Shown here piece after piece: positions 49,901 to 63,928 of a stretch of DNA of 64,000 bases. Position numbers and translations under genes: made by a program. Where the stretch lies: assembly GCF_006345805.1 (NCBI RefSeq), contig NC_043007.1, positions 42,842,001 through 42,906,000 on the forward strand. Direction: 5' to 3'. The stretch's first letter is position 1. Every line of letters starts with the position of its first letter. The notes under the pieces were generated by a model. It was not told the origin of the DNA, did no database searches, and saw only the letters and a program-made list of their open reading frames with translations. The stretch is from Octopus sinensis. Taxonomy: Eukaryota.

Positions 49901-51805
49901 TTGACACATCCAAGTAGTTTATAATTTCTTTCCACATCTTATTTTTAGCTTTATAATGCTTAATTAGATCACAGCATGTATAAAAATAATTATATGTTTG
50001 GAGTTATTTTTATGGCTTCCAGACTGCCACCAACACTCTATCTGACACTATATGTTCAATCTTTTTCAAACATGCCAGGATGACAGAATTAACATAATTT
50101 TGGTTTCTTTTCAACCAACCATGAATGAACTTGGCTCAAAGACTTAATCTACTACCCAGATCTGGTTGGTCTCATGCTATCCCCACTCAGGTATCCCTTA
50201 CTTATTTGTCAACCCCCATCATCATCAGTACCATGTTGCAATGCAACAGTCAGGACATGAACTGAGTTTGTTTCCAGCTTACTTTGATATATCAAGATGG
50301 ATGACTGAATTGTTAGGGTATTAACCAACGATTGGAAATAACTTGGCTGTCCATATAGGTCTGAATATATACCATCATCACTATCATTATCACCATTTTA
50401 TGTCCATTTGCCATGTTAGCACAAGTTGAATGAGTTTCAAATTTTCACCATTCATCCCAATCCACCATCATCTCGTATGCACAGCATAATTTTTATGGTT
50501 ACACGCTCTCTGTATCACAAACAGCCTTTATAGCATAGACTGGGTGATTTTTATCATGCCACCAAGTTCAGAGAAGTTCTCATGGACAAAATTAAGTAAT
50601 TCCACAACAGCTATGTCTTCTCTGTTTTGTGGTATATAATTCACAGCTAACAGTGACAGCAGTGTGGGACTGACAAATATTTTGTTGGTTTGTAATGTTG
50701 AGTTCTAATGTTGCTGGCATAAAAGTTGCCTGCAACAAGCTTATCTCTTAAACAGAAAAAAGTTTACTTCTCATCTGCTTAATGCTATGCAAACTAGGCT
50801 CAGGACCAGCATTTAGGATGCTTGTAAGGATGCTAATAACAGTTTTGGTAGTCATTGTAATAGAACTTGGTAAGACATAGTAAAGTAATGTGTGTTAAGT
50901 TTCAATTCCTCAAGATACATTAGCAAATTACAGTGTCATGATAAAAAAAAAAGATGTGTAATAGCTGAATTTAGAATGAGGTTAGTTACAGATGCTAGAT
51001 GGTTGAATAATTAAGAAGTTCACTTTGCAATCACAAGGTCCCAGGATGAATTTTATTGTGTGATGTCTCGGGCAAGTGTATTTTATCAAAGCCTAAAGTG
51101 AGCCCAAACCTTTTGAGTGAAATATGTAGAGAGAAATCATGTGGAAGTCAGCTAGATGGATTGTACTAGTAACTTAAAGGTCCAGCCTTGTGATACTGTG
51201 TTACAGGGATTCTGTCTGAGAATTACATTAGGAGTAAGTATGTCTATGGAATATTCAGACACTTATGTTCTAATCCAACAAGCACATAGTTTAGTTGATT
51301 AGAACAACCGATGGACATCCATTACTTAATTAGTTGAAGTTAAATTATGGTGCATATCCAATTAATGACTTAACAAATTTTGAGACTTGTTGAATATGTC
51401 ATTAGGATTTCCTTATTAGATCACCAGCAAATATCACTAACTGAAAGCAATATACAAAGACATTTCATCTGAAAAGAGTAGCTTGTGACCTAATTTCCTG
51501 AGACAAGTCAAGCAATGAAAAGTACAAAAGCAATTTCCTGCCACTGCATCAATGAATAAACAGGCTTCATAAAAGCCAGTATTTTTACCTCATACTTAAT
51601 GATGCTAAATAAAGTTGAGTTAAAATGGTATTAAACAAAGAAAGATAAAATGCCAAGCCATACATCGTTTCTCTGCAACCATGTAAACTAAGGCACACAG
51701 AATTAGCTGTTCTTGTCATAGACAGTGAAACACCTGCTGCAAACATCAAAATCCCCAGTGCCATAAGTTAGTTCAATCTACACACAGAGCTAAATCTGTA
51801 TGTGT

Positions 51806-51836
<31 letters not shown>

Positions 51837-52290
51837 CATATGTGTGTATGATGCTTATTTTTAATCAGCAGAAAGTTTACTGATTAATAATGAAGTGTGA
51901 ACACTCATGATTTTGTTTTTCCAGGTTGTTCTACCAAACCTGTATATGTACATGAGTGTGTATGCATGCATGTATGTGTGTGTATATATATATATATAAA
52001 ATTATGTGTGTGTGTGTGTGTGTATACATATATATATATATACACACACACACATACATAATTGTGTGTGTGTTTCTTTCAATAGTAGCCTGGTGACAGC
52101 TTTGTTGAAGGAGATTTATTTTTATAATTGGAAGCTTTTCCAACTACTAAATGATCAAACATCCCAAGTAAACTGAGGCAACAAGAGTTATATCTTGGCC
52201 ACATATACTCTAATTCTGGTAAATAAAATTTGAATGTGTGACCATGATGCCTATAGTCCTACAGTGGTCGTGGCATGTATTTATTTAATA

Positions 52291-53134
52291 CTAGCAGAAT
52301 TGCCCGGCGTTGCTTGGGGCTGAATTGCTTGAAAGTACTGTTAATGATTGCACTGAATTATGATGATTATTCAGGCAAATATTGATATAAGTTTACAGTG
52401 GGAGATAAGGACTTAACGATCAAACGTGTGCCATTGCATTGTTTTGGGGGAACCAAATTTCTGATGAGCATTATAGGGGCACCAACTTTAAGTTTGAGAA
52501 AGTGTGGTGGTAGTCCGGGGTGCTCAAAGGAATTGAGTACCTCTATTGGATAGTTGATGACGTCCTCTGGGTCAGGAGTTGTATCGATAGACTGATATAC
52601 ATAGACTTCCCCAGGAATGAGTTTTAGCATTTCATCATTAATATGGTGAACAGTTTTATTCCTCGGGGCCAGTATAGCCTTTTTGCCAATCCAATCCATA
52701 TTCTGATAATTAGCTTGTAGATCTGGGAACACTGCATCTCTGAGATCAGAAGGCGTCTTAACAATGGTACAAATGGAATCAATGGCAATATTACCATTTT
52801 CATCCCCTGGTATTTTGCCTTCGCCAAGTGCAAGGAGGGTGTGAGGAAATGCTGCTGATGTGATATTACGTCGCATATGAGCACGCATATTGGTGTGAAG
52901 TTTGAGAGTTACTTCCCTTTATTAAAAAAAATATGCATTAAAATGGAAAAAAATGATGGTAAATTATTTGTAAAATCATAGACTCATCGTAGACGCGCGC
53001 TAATACCCAGAAGGGCTCGATATGAATCACGACTATAAGATACCCGCTTTTGGTTAAACTGCATCGCAAAATGTGGGAGTAGTTAGGAATCTAAATCGGA
53101 GTAGACAGACACACAACCTTTCTTTTATATATAA
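52291..53134 (-). mobile_element. Internally deleted Helitron carrying a PIF1-type RepHel helicase fragment (52367-52915)
   Basis: KAILAPRNKTVHHIN, YPIEVLNSFEHPGLPPHFLKLKVGAPIMLIRNL..CNGTRL; hairpin plus CTAG at 52291. Confidence 0.93.
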
Positions 53135-53135
53135 A

Positions 53136-53641
53136 CTAGCAGTATCGCCCGGCGTTGCTCGGGTTTGTAAGGGAAATAACTATATAAGCATTTTTAGAGA
53201 GTTACTTCCCTTATAAATTCGGGCTTTCTTAGCCATTTTTGTTTTGGTGTCTTCAAGCCATGAAGTCGTTGTTCTAAAAGAACGCTGGTCTCCTTCACAA
53301 CGCATTACGACGTTGATTTCTTTACACTCCCTTCCCCACAGCTTCACGAGGGAGGGAAGGGGGAGAAGCAAACAGGTGCAGCTGTGAGCGTGGACGCCAA
53401 CTCCGCCGCCATCGACACACGATGCATTTTATGCATTAAAATGGAATAAAAAATGATGTTAAATTATTTTTAAAATAGTAGACTCATCGTTGACGCGCGC
53501 TAATAGTCAGACGGGCTCGATATTAATCACGACTATAAGATACCCGAATTTGGTTAAACTGCACCGCAAAATGTGGGAGGAGTTAGGAATGTAAATCGAA
53601 GGGGACAGACACTCACACAACTAGAGTTTTATATATATAGA
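53136..53641 (-). mobile_element. Non-autonomous Helitron, head-to-tail with the previous one
   Basis: 5' TCTATATATATAAAAC; 3' CCCGAGCAACGCCGGGCGATACTGCTAG. Confidence 0.9.
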
Positions 53642-53642
53642 T

Positions 53643-54160
53643 ATTTTCGTCCTAAAAAACTTTGTATGGATTGAATGGTTACCTCTATGGAAATATATAC
53701 ACGCACATTATACATACATGTGTGTATAGATGAATATATAAATACATTTAAATATCTATATACACTTTTGGGCGATCTTTCTGTTTCTTAGAGTTAACTT
53801 TAGATCTTATTTTCGTCCTAAAAAACTTTGTATGGAGTGAATGGTTACCTCTATGGAAATATATACACACACGTTATACATACATGTGTGCATAGATGAA
53901 TATATAAATACATTTATATATCTATATACACTTTTGGGCGATCTTTGTGCTACTTAGAGATAACTTTAGATCTTATTTTCGTCCTAAAAAACTTTGTGCG
54001 GAGTGAATGGTTACGTCTATGGAAATATATACACACACATTATACATACATCTGTGTATAGATGAATATATAAATACATTTAAATATCTATATACACTTT
54101 TGGGCGATCTTTCTGCTACTTGGATATACTTTAGGTCTTATATTCGTCATAAAAACTTTC
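53643..54160. repeat. Tandem repeat, 166-bp unit, about 3.1 copies
   Basis: TTTTCGTCCTAAAAAACTTTG recurs with its C at 53648, 53814, 53980 and 54145. Confidence 0.9.
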
Positions 54161-54320
54161 CTGTCACACACGCACACACACACACGCACCCTCACACACA
54201 CGCACACACACACACGTTAGCTTACAATTTTATTTATATATTTGCGTGTCTATGTGTGTAAAGAGGAAGTGGGAATGCAGAGTGAAAGAGTCACTCACTA
54301 CAAAAAGTGAATTACTTTCA

Positions 54321-54626
54321 TTTTAATCGTTGCACACTTGCAAAGAGAAAGGAGGAGAAATTAGGGTGATAGCGTCAGTGAAACAGTTCGCTCCGTTTGT
54401 GTGTGTGTGCGTGTGCTGTAGCCCACACTAAGAAAAGCATTTGACTTAGACACCACAATGTGAGTTTTCTCTAAATTTTGCTTAATTTTAAAAACTGGAC
54501 CTGGCATGACCCGATGCATTCTACTCTTAAAAATGCTAGGTAAATTGTAATTGAAGAAATCCTATATTGTAGATTTCTATAAGAGACAAAGGGAGGCAGA
54601 TAAAATCTGCCTTTTATAATAAGAGA
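54321..54626. mobile_element. Interspersed repeat, Helitron/Helentron-like; second copy at 60257-60577
   Basis: Near-identical last ~170 nt in both copies; terminal hairpin AGGCAGAT-AAA-ATCTGCCT and TTATAATAAGAGA|T end. Confidence 0.6.
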
Positions 54627-55821
54627 TACTAAAGTACATTTATATGCTTGAACTATATATATATATTAGGCTTGTATCTTTGGTGTAAAGAACCATTAAA
54701 ACAAAATTATAAATGGCTATGACTTGAGCATATAATTTGTAATAAATATTTTATGCATATCATCATCATTTAATGTCTGTTGTCCATGCTATGTATGTGT
54801 ATATATATTTATGTATGCATGTACCTATGTACATACATATGTATGTGTATGGATATATATATTTATATATCTGTAATAGTTTGCTACATTAGACATATAT
54901 AGAAATAGCTAGAATCTATAAAAGCTGAAAGATATACCAAGAAAAATTACCTGAGAAGTAGGTGGAAATTTAAATTCAATGAAAAGAAAATAGCTGTATA
55001 TATATATTTAACTTGAGGGTGAAAGAATTGTAAACTCAGTGTAGCAAAATTAATAATGTGATTGTGATTCAAGTTCCATCAGTTGGCCTGTTGTCCATTT
55101 ACAATCTCAAATTACTGTTTAACATGGGTACATTAACAGATTTTTACCATGTTACTACGTGGCATCTTGGGCAAGTGTCTTCCACTACAGAGCCTATCCA
55201 ACCAATGCCTTGTGAGTAGATTTGGTAAATGGAAACTGAAACAAGCTCATCATATGCATGTGTTAATTTGTGTGTGTATTCATTGTCTTCTTGCCTTGAT
55301 ATCGTATAACAGTTGTTAATGAGTCCTCTGTCCTTTGTTTCCAATCTTCCATGAAAATATGTCTAGCCACTGGGAAATATTACCTTATTTAGAAACAGGT
55401 GAGGGTTAGTGACAGGAGGGCATCCAGCTGTAGAAAATCTGCCTTGACAAATTCTATCCAGTTCATGTGAGCATGGGAAAGTAGACATTAAAATAATAAC
55501 AATGATGATTATGAGTAAACCAAAGCTAAAAACTTAAATAAAAAATATTGACTGAACTTAGCATTTATATGTGAATATGAATGAATATTTACCATTATCA
55601 TAGTTTTAATGGACACTTTTCCATGCTTGCATGGAGCAGACAGAATTCATTGATGATAGATTTTCTACAACCAAATGCCCTTCCTGTTGCCAACTCACAC
55701 CTGTCAGGCTAAAATTGACAGTTTGAAAGGAAAAGAAAACACAATAGCCCATCTAAAAATTAAAATATTTGAAAAAAAAAATCAAAAAATATCAACTAGA
55801 TTATAGCTGGGATGTAACAGC

Positions 55822-56140
55822 TTATCCAAAGTAGCTGCCCTCAGCTTCTGCCACAGCCTCAAGACAGCTCTGGAACCTGGTGCTTGCATTTCTCACTGTG
55901 TCCCAGAAAAGACCTTCCAACACCTTGATCTTGGCCACAAGCTCAGCCTTGGTGTTGCAGACAGAGCTGCTGCTGTCTTTCTCAACTGCACCCCACACAT
56001 TGTAATTGATGGGGTTGCAATGGAAGGAATTAAAAGGTCAGAAATTAGGGGAGGGGAGATACAAGAAAAATTGTCAAATTTAGCCAGAACACCCTGTATT
56101 TCTCTATGGCCAGACATGATTTCACACAAGAGTGGAAATA
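55822..56140 (-). mobile_element. Tc1/maT-type transposase C-terminal remnant
   Basis: NF*PFNSFHCNPINYNVWGAVEKD...NTKAELVAKIK...RFQSCLEAVAEAEGSYFG*. Confidence 0.8.
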
Positions 56141-58275
56141 AAAACACCGTTTGTATGACAGTGACACTAATTTACAACTGTTCACCAACTCATCATCATT
56201 TTAATGTTCACATTTCCATAGCTGGATGCCCTTTCCCCCATGACCAGACATATTTTCACAGAATATTGAAAATAATGACACTACTTATAAAACAGTAACA
56301 CTCATTTGCAACTATCACATGATGTCAAGACAAGGAGATACACTCATACATACACACATATACATTACATTACATGCATGCATACATGTACAATGGGCTG
56401 CTTCAAGATTCCATCAAGCAAATCCATTTACAAGGCTTTGGTTGGCTGACTCAAGGTTATAGTTGAAGACACTTGCCCAAGCTGCCACACAGTGGGACTG
56501 AACCTAAAACCAAGTAGATGGGAAGTAAATTTCTTAACCACAGAGCCATGCCTGTCCCTATAAAGTTATCTTAAATAAAAATTTAAAAAAATAAAAAAAC
56601 AAACAGCAAGCCAGAGTAATTACGCTATGATGGAAAGGAAGAGCTATTGACATTTCGAACAGTTTTCTTTGTCAAGATAAATGGAATAAAGAAATGTGGA
56701 TTTCTCAAAGATGAAACATACCAGAATGTCAGACAAGAACTGGTTTCCAGTGGAGGGAAATAAACATTGGAGCAGTGCAGCAAACTATTAGTGAGAGTGT
56801 GTATGAGAGCATAGGGAATTAAGCATGTAATAAAGGTTGTGTGCGAATGTAATTAATAGTGTAAGTAATATGAACAAAGTACAATAACAGGTGTAGAATA
56901 GATACATGGTGAAGTAAATGAGTGTAGAAAAGGTATGATGTGGAGTATATGTAGGACATTTATGAGTGTGATGTGTTTGGATTAGATAAAAGGAAGTCAA
57001 TTGCATTCAGGTGGAAGATTTAATTGCTGTTCTTATTAAAGCTGAGAAACAAGAGATTATGGTGATAGACAAATTTGAGAGTTCTGATAACAGCTGGAGT
57101 GGTAAACTACACACTTGAGTGATTCTGTGTTGTTGTGATGGATATTCAAAAATTGTTCCCTAAACTGATCACTGCACCTTTGACCAGTTTCCCTCCATAA
57201 AAGGAGGGGAAAAAATGGAGTTGTCATTGGATTCAGTAAACATTTTCAGAGGTGCCAATGAAAAAGTCCACTGAAGAAACACTTCGTAGTAAGAAGTAGA
57301 CCATTTTGTGTAATTCAGCCTGAAAGCCAGACTCTTGATTACAGAGGTAGTAGAACGGTGACTACAAGTAACAGCTTTGACAGCAGGGCAATAGGCTGAG
57401 ATAACATCAAATTAAGAATGACAGTCAGGAGGACTACAAAAGAAAGAAATTTTAAGGCATGGGAGAAGGAGCTAATGAAAGCAACTTGGGTGTGAAGTGA
57501 ACTTCTTAACCAGTCATGCCTGCATATATATATATCATTCAACTATGGTGGCTGTTGAATAATATTCTTAAGGCCACAGTTTACTCACATGCAGCATCTT
57601 TGCAGAGCTTGTCACTAATTCAGTTCTTAATCAAATTGAAGACTGTTAGAATATTTGTAGAGGACTGGTTCCTAGTTACATTTTGGCATAAAAAAATTGA
57701 GATTTGATCCAGTAGAAAAAAAAGTTTACATCAAAATTTGTAGCAACGTTAAAGGAGAGTAAGTAATACCACCAATAAAGTTTAGATCTAAATAACTTTT
57801 TTTATTTTAAAAGCAAAATATATTTATCTTAGCTTCAATGATTGAAGAAAGCAAGAAGAATTTCATAGTTTTGTTCCCATGCAACAAAAATTTGTATCAA
57901 AAATGTTGTGAGGTAAAATATCATGAAAAAATATATAAGCAAGGTAAAAAATTGGATTTAAGTATAATTAACTTTTTTATTTTAAAAACAAACTATATTT
58001 TAATTAAGCTTAAATGATAGAACTCAATTTGAGGAATTTCAATGTATCAATCTCATGCAATGAAGTTTTAAAAGAAAAAAGTTAAGAGTGTTTGTTTCTC
58101 AAATTTGAGTGTGATAATATAGTTCTATACTTTTTTATAAATATAATTCTATAAGGGGACTTTTAATATGTCACCGGCGTCATTGAGATAAGGAAAAAAT
58201 TATCAACAACATTGCTAATTGACACATTTAGCACATTATTAATTAGCATAATAGCAAAGCCTGGTAAAACTATGG

Positions 58276-59125
58276 ATTACATGGAAAAATGCGAGCAAGA
58301 GGAATAATATTCATAAGATTATAAACTGGAAAATTACAGACAAGTTATCACACTTGGAAAAGTTCAGGATAACTTATTACATCCGGTAAAGAACAGAACA
58401 AGAAAATTCTTACTTAAAATATTGCAGCAAAAGATAAAATGTGAATATTAAAAAATTAATTGATTTTAATTTACAAAGTAACATTATAATCAAAAAAGGT
58501 ACCATCATTTTGTTAAAATATTGACACACTAGAATACTTAAAAAATAAGAGCCAGAAGTACCAATATAGCTAAAGTTTTATGCAAAGTAGAATATATATA
58601 GTAGGCAAATTCATTACATAAATAGGCATTGGGTCAAGATTAAAAATGTGAAGACTAGGCAATAACTTTACTGTGAATTTGTTTTTATAGGTAGATTTTA
58701 TTGTAATATATAACTAATTTTTGTATTATTCTATTTATTGTACTAATTATGTACTACTATTAATTTTTATAACCTATTTTCAAATTTCTAATTATTAATT
58801 GATAATTTTTAAAAATGAATTTTTTTTAAGTGCAAAAAATATTTCAATTGAGTTATTTTTTAATTTTTAATAGAAGTAACAAGTAATAACAAATAGAAGT
58901 AATGACATGTAATAAAATTTTCAGTTTTAATAAAAGCTAATATTTTCTAAATCTTAATATTCTATTTGAAGTTTTATCCTTAGCTGCAATATTTTAAATA
59001 AAAATTTTCTTGTTCTATACTCTACCAGATATAATAAGTTGTCCTGAACTTTTCAAAGTGTAATAACTTGTCCTGTAAATAACCTTAAGAATGTTATATC
59101 TCTTGTTCACATTTTTCCATGTAAT
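58276..59125. repeat. Degenerate inverted repeat, ~160-bp arms (58276-58439 / 58972-59125)
   Basis: ATTACATGGAAAAATG...GAAAAGTTCAGGA.AACTTATT...GAACAAGAAAATT is present in reverse complement; roughly 80% identity by eye. Confidence 0.8.
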
Positions 59126-59138
59126 ATATATATATATA

Positions 59139-59535
59139 CTAGCAGTATCGCCCGGCGTTGCTCGGGTTTGTAAGGGAAATAACTATATAAGCATTTTTAG
59201 AGAGTTATAGCCAAAAAATAGCAAAAAAATGCATTAAAAATGGAAAAAAAATTAAGGTAAATTTTTTTTTTAAATCGTTGACACATCGTAGATATTTTTA
59301 GAGAGTTACTTCCCTTATATAATAGCGAAAAAATATATTAAAATGGAAAAATATGATGGTAAATTTTTTTAAATCGTAGACTCATCGTAGACGCACGCTA
59401 ATACCCAGAAGGACTCGATATGAATCACGACTATAAGATACCCCGTTTTGGTTACACTGCATCGCAAAATGTGGGAGTAGTTAGGAATCTAAATCGTAGG
59501 AGACAGACACACAACTTCACTTTTATATATAAAGA
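59139..59535 (-). mobile_element. Non-autonomous Helitron
   Basis: Same termini as 53136-53641; internal ~105-bp duplication; inserted at a (TA)n run. Confidence 0.9.
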
Positions 59536-60589
59536 TATAAGCCACGTAGTTATATACACATACTTTGTTATATACACATTCTTAAAAGAAAATGTTATTT
59601 TGAACACAACATTTATAAAGAATAAAATATTTTTTGGTTTTTCTTTTAAACGGATGCATACATTTATTAATAACTATATATAAGTGTCGTCTGTTTATAC
59701 ATAAACACTGTTTCATACTGCAAGCTCGGCTCGCCAATTAATACTACCAAAATTTAACGACAGAAAGTAAAATAAAAACCAATTTACCTTTTCTGTATTG
59801 TTATAGCAATTCAACCGTCCGTGTGTCTTTGCAAATGTGTTGGAATGAGAAGTGAGTTGTGTTTTGGCGCCTTTTTTACTAATAACAAACACACACGTGT
59901 TTGTATGTAGTTGTTTGAAACGTTTGTGTTTGTCACTGTCATATATGTATGTGTATGCGTGTGTGTGAGGAATGACACACACACACTCACGCACGCACAC
60001 ATGTATATCAATGCTTTCGGAGTGAAATGTTAAAATATTGAGTTTTCTCGAATTTTGTCTTAATTGGGGGTAAAATTGAAAGAAATTTTGTATGGCATGA
60101 CCCAATGAAGTACTTTGAAAAATCATGGGTAAACTCTAATTGAAGAAATTGTGTGAGGAGTAAATCGTTATGCATTTATTTGTTTCTGTTTGCTGTGTTT
60201 TTTTTTTTAATAGTGGTTTAAGGTACACATCTCTCGTTTTATCGAAATAGTTTCACTTTAATCGTTGCAAACTTGCAAAGAGAAAGTCGTAGAAATTAGA
60301 GTGATAGCGTGAGTGAATCAGATCACTCCCTTTTTGTGTGTGTGTGTGCGTGTGCTATAGCCCACACTAAGAAAAGCACTTGACTCACACACCACAATGT
60401 GAGTTTTCTCTAAATTTTGCTTAATTGGGGTTGAAATTTTAAAAACTGGACCTGGCATGACCCGATGCATTCTACTCTTAAAAATGCTAGGTAAATTGTA
60501 ATTGAAGAAATCCTATATTGTAGATTTCTATAAGAGACAAAGGGAGGCAGATAAAATCTGCCTTTTATAATAAGAGATATAATGACGAT

Positions 60590-62576
60590 TTAGGTAAAGG
60601 TGACGCTTTAGATACAAATAATTATAGAGGTATCAAGTTGTTGGATCAGGTAATGAAGGTCACGGAGAGGGTCATAGCCCAACTAATTAGGGAGAGAGTC
60701 AGTTTAGATGAGATGCAGTTTGGGTTCGTGCCAGGGAAAGCACCACTGATGCTATATTTCTGATAAGACAGCTGCAGGAGAAATACCTAACCAAAGATAA
60801 ACCTCTGTACCTGGCTTTCGTTGACATGGAGAAAGCCTTTGACAAGGTCCCCCGATCCCTTATCTAGTGGTCAATGAGGAAACTAGGGATAGATGAATGG
60901 TTAGTGAGAGCTGTGCAAGCCATGTACAGGGACACTGTCAATAAGGTGAGGGTTGGCAATAAGTACAGTAAATAATTCCGGGTAGAGGTAGGGGTCCACC
61001 AAGGGTCAGTCCTCAGCCCCCTCCTATTTATCATAGTCCTCTAGGCAATAACAGAGGAATTCAAGAAAGGATGCCCCTGGGAGCTCCTCTATGCTGAAAA
61101 CCTTGCTCTAATTGCTGAGTCACTATCAGAACTAGAGGAGCAGTTTCAAGTGTGGAAACAAGGATTAGAATCGAAGAGCCTTAGAGTCAACCTAGCTAAA
61201 ACCAAAATCCTAATAAGTAGGAAGGCAGGCAAACCACAAATCCCTTCAGGTATATGGCCCTGCTCGATCTGTAGAAAAGGCCTAAGTAGAAACTCTATAA
61301 GATGTACCCAGTGTAAGCTATGGACACATAGGAGGTGCAGCAATATCAAAGGAAGGCTAACTGGGAAGATAGTCATTGTATGTGACAGATGCTCAGGAGC
61401 AATAAACACTGAAAATGTGCAGAGAACAACTTCCGCCACATTCCAGGGAGAAAAACTAGAAGTAGTTGATAGCTTCCGTTACCTAGGTAACCGAGTCAGT
61501 AGTGGGGTAGGGTGCACTGAAAGTGTAGCTGCTAGAATAAGAATAGCCTGGGCAAAGTTCAGAGAGCTCTTACCTCTGCTGGTGACAAAGGGCCTCTCGC
61601 CCAGAGTAAAAGGTAGACTGTATGATGCATGTGTATGAACAGCCATGCTACATGGCAGTGAAACATGAACTGTAACTGCTGAGTACATGCGTAAGTTCAC
61701 AAGGAATGAAGCCAGTATGCTCCGATGGATGTGTAATGTCAGTGTGTATACTTGACAGAATGTAAGTACTTGAGAGAAAAGTTAAACCTAAGAAGCATCA
61801 GATGTGGCGTGCAAGAGAGACTGCGCTGGTGTGGCCATATGGCGAGAATAGATGTGGATAGTTGTGTGAAAAAGTGCCACACCCTAGCAGTGGAGAGAAC
61901 CTGTGGAAGAGGCAGACCCAGGAAGACCTGAGATGAGGTGGTGAAGCATGACCTTTGAACATTGGGCCTCACCAAGGCGATGACTAGTAACCGGGAACTC
62001 TGGAAATATGCTGTGCTTGAGAAGACCCAGTAAACCAAGTGAGACCTCGTGGCCTATACCAGGAGTGTAACCAGCACACTTATGTGTACCTTTCCTTCAT
62101 TGGACTCTAAACTCTGCTTGTGAAGACCTGTTGAATGCAAGTAAAATCAAATTCGATGACTAACATCTGTGCTAGTGGAGTGCTAAGAGTATCATCTGAA
62201 CATGATCATTGCCAGAGCAAGAAACTGGCTTCTGTGCCGGTGGCACGTAAAAAGGACAATTTGAGCATGATCGTTACCTGCGTTACCTGTGACACATGAA
62301 AAAACATTCAAGCGAGGTTGTTGCCAGTGCCACTTGACTGGCTCCTGTGCAGGTGGCACATAAAAAGCATCATTTGCACGTGGCTGTTGCCAGTAGCACG
62401 TAAAAGCACCCACTACACTCTCGGAGCGGTTGGCATTAGGAAGGGCATCCAACTGTAGAAACTCTGCCAGATCAGATTCGAGCCTGGTGAAGCCATCTGG
62501 GTTGCCAGACCTCAGTCAAATCATCCAACCCATGCGAGCATGGAAAGCAGACGTTAAACGATAATGATGATGATGA
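60590..62576 (+). mobile_element. RTE-clade LINE, RT domain to 3' tail, lightly decayed
   Basis: NYRGIKLL, QFGFVPGKSTTDAIF, FVDMEKAFDKV, GVHQGSVLSPLLF, LYAENL (YADD mutated), VNLAKTK, C4HC3 finger, FRYLG; in-frame stops; (GAT)n tail. Confidence 0.95.
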
Positions 62577-63928
62577 TATATATATATATGTAAATTTGAG
62601 TGATGTTTCTTTGTCCATTACATTTTTATGTTCGTTAACTCTTCCTAGACGTTGGTGCAAGGACAACGAAACTTAAAGCAGCAACTCCCCTAATCTCAGG
62701 GAATGCCCTGAGGGGGTCTACTTTTTTAAGGGCTGCCTAATTATGGCCCCACTGACCCCCCTATTTTTACTGCATTTTAAACTAAGTACATGGCATTGGT
62801 GACCAAATCGGTGCAATGATAATGAATTTCATACCATGAACTCCCAGAGAGTATCATAAGGAGGTTCAATTTCTGAAGGGCCACTTAAATGGGGCCCCAC
62901 TGACCTAGCCTATTTTTACTGCATTTACCTCACTCCTATGCTTATTGATTAAACTATGATCAGTATCAGTACTTAGCACATTTGCAGAAATAAGTTTGGG
63001 CATTCTAAATACCTTCATGTATATTCAAATCGAGATAAAAGAGTTATAATAGGTACGTTTCAAGTGTGGTAGTGTGGGTATTTATGTTTTGTAGTTTATG
63101 AAACTTATGCTTAGGTGGAAAATTAATCTTCCTGTTCCAGTTACATATTGGTGCTTGGGCCTTCAGCTCCAGAGTTCTAGAGTTTTTTTTCTACCTGAAT
63201 ACCCTACAAAATTCCCAAAAGCCCTCCTCAGGAGCTAGACTGAATACCACCTGAAGGGCAGCTTCAAGGCTAGAAACTTAGCCTTAAATCAAACTAGAAA
63301 CTAGCTGTATGTCTATCAGCTAAGCTGGCAGAAAGCAGTTCAAGGGTTGATACACCAACACACTGTTACAGAGATGGAATTCATGTTACATATTAAATGG
63401 ACAACAAGTTAAAGGGACATGAAGTTTAGGTATGGGTGCAAGAGAAGTATAGGTATTGAGTGTATGGGTATGAGTGTGTGGGTATATGTCAGGCAGGAAG
63501 CTTGGAATGGGGTATTGGACAATTAATACCAAGAGATATATATATACAATGAATGTGTCTGAGTCCACTACAATACACAAGGGTAAAGAGTCACAAAGCA
63601 GCCCGATAGTGGGGCCAAAGACCCCAAAGGTGCCCTCTGCAGGATTTAGCCTGAATGCTACCCAAAGGGCAGCTTCAAGGCTGGTATATATATATATAAG
63701 TACAAAGTGAGATAGGGGTTATGAGTGTAACCCACTATGGGATATCATTTATCCAATATACTGCCAGTGAAGTACCCAAAAGGCTAATACATAAATGCTT
63801 ACAATTGCAATGCAATTACTTCATTTATTGTATTATATGGGCGAAGGTAAAATGTTTTACCTCAAATTCATAATACAAAATAAGAAAATGGAGGAATAAA
63901 TTCCTTTCAATCATCAATTTATAGATAA

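Noticed and set aside
50817-50869. + strand MLVRMLITVLVVIVIEL followed by GTAAGA, like a signal-peptide exon
   Set aside because: Wrong strand for TMEM87, no downstream partner exon found, and expected by chance in 64 kb
51587-51764. Minus-strand ~59-codon hydrophobic ORF (MALGILMFAAGVSLS...) as TMEM87 exon 1
   Set aside because: The donor would be phase 2 whereas phase 0 is needed, and it does not resemble the family N-terminus
52367-52888. Host PIF1 helicase gene
   Set aside because: An intronless fragment enclosed by Helitron termini, so it is a RepHel remnant
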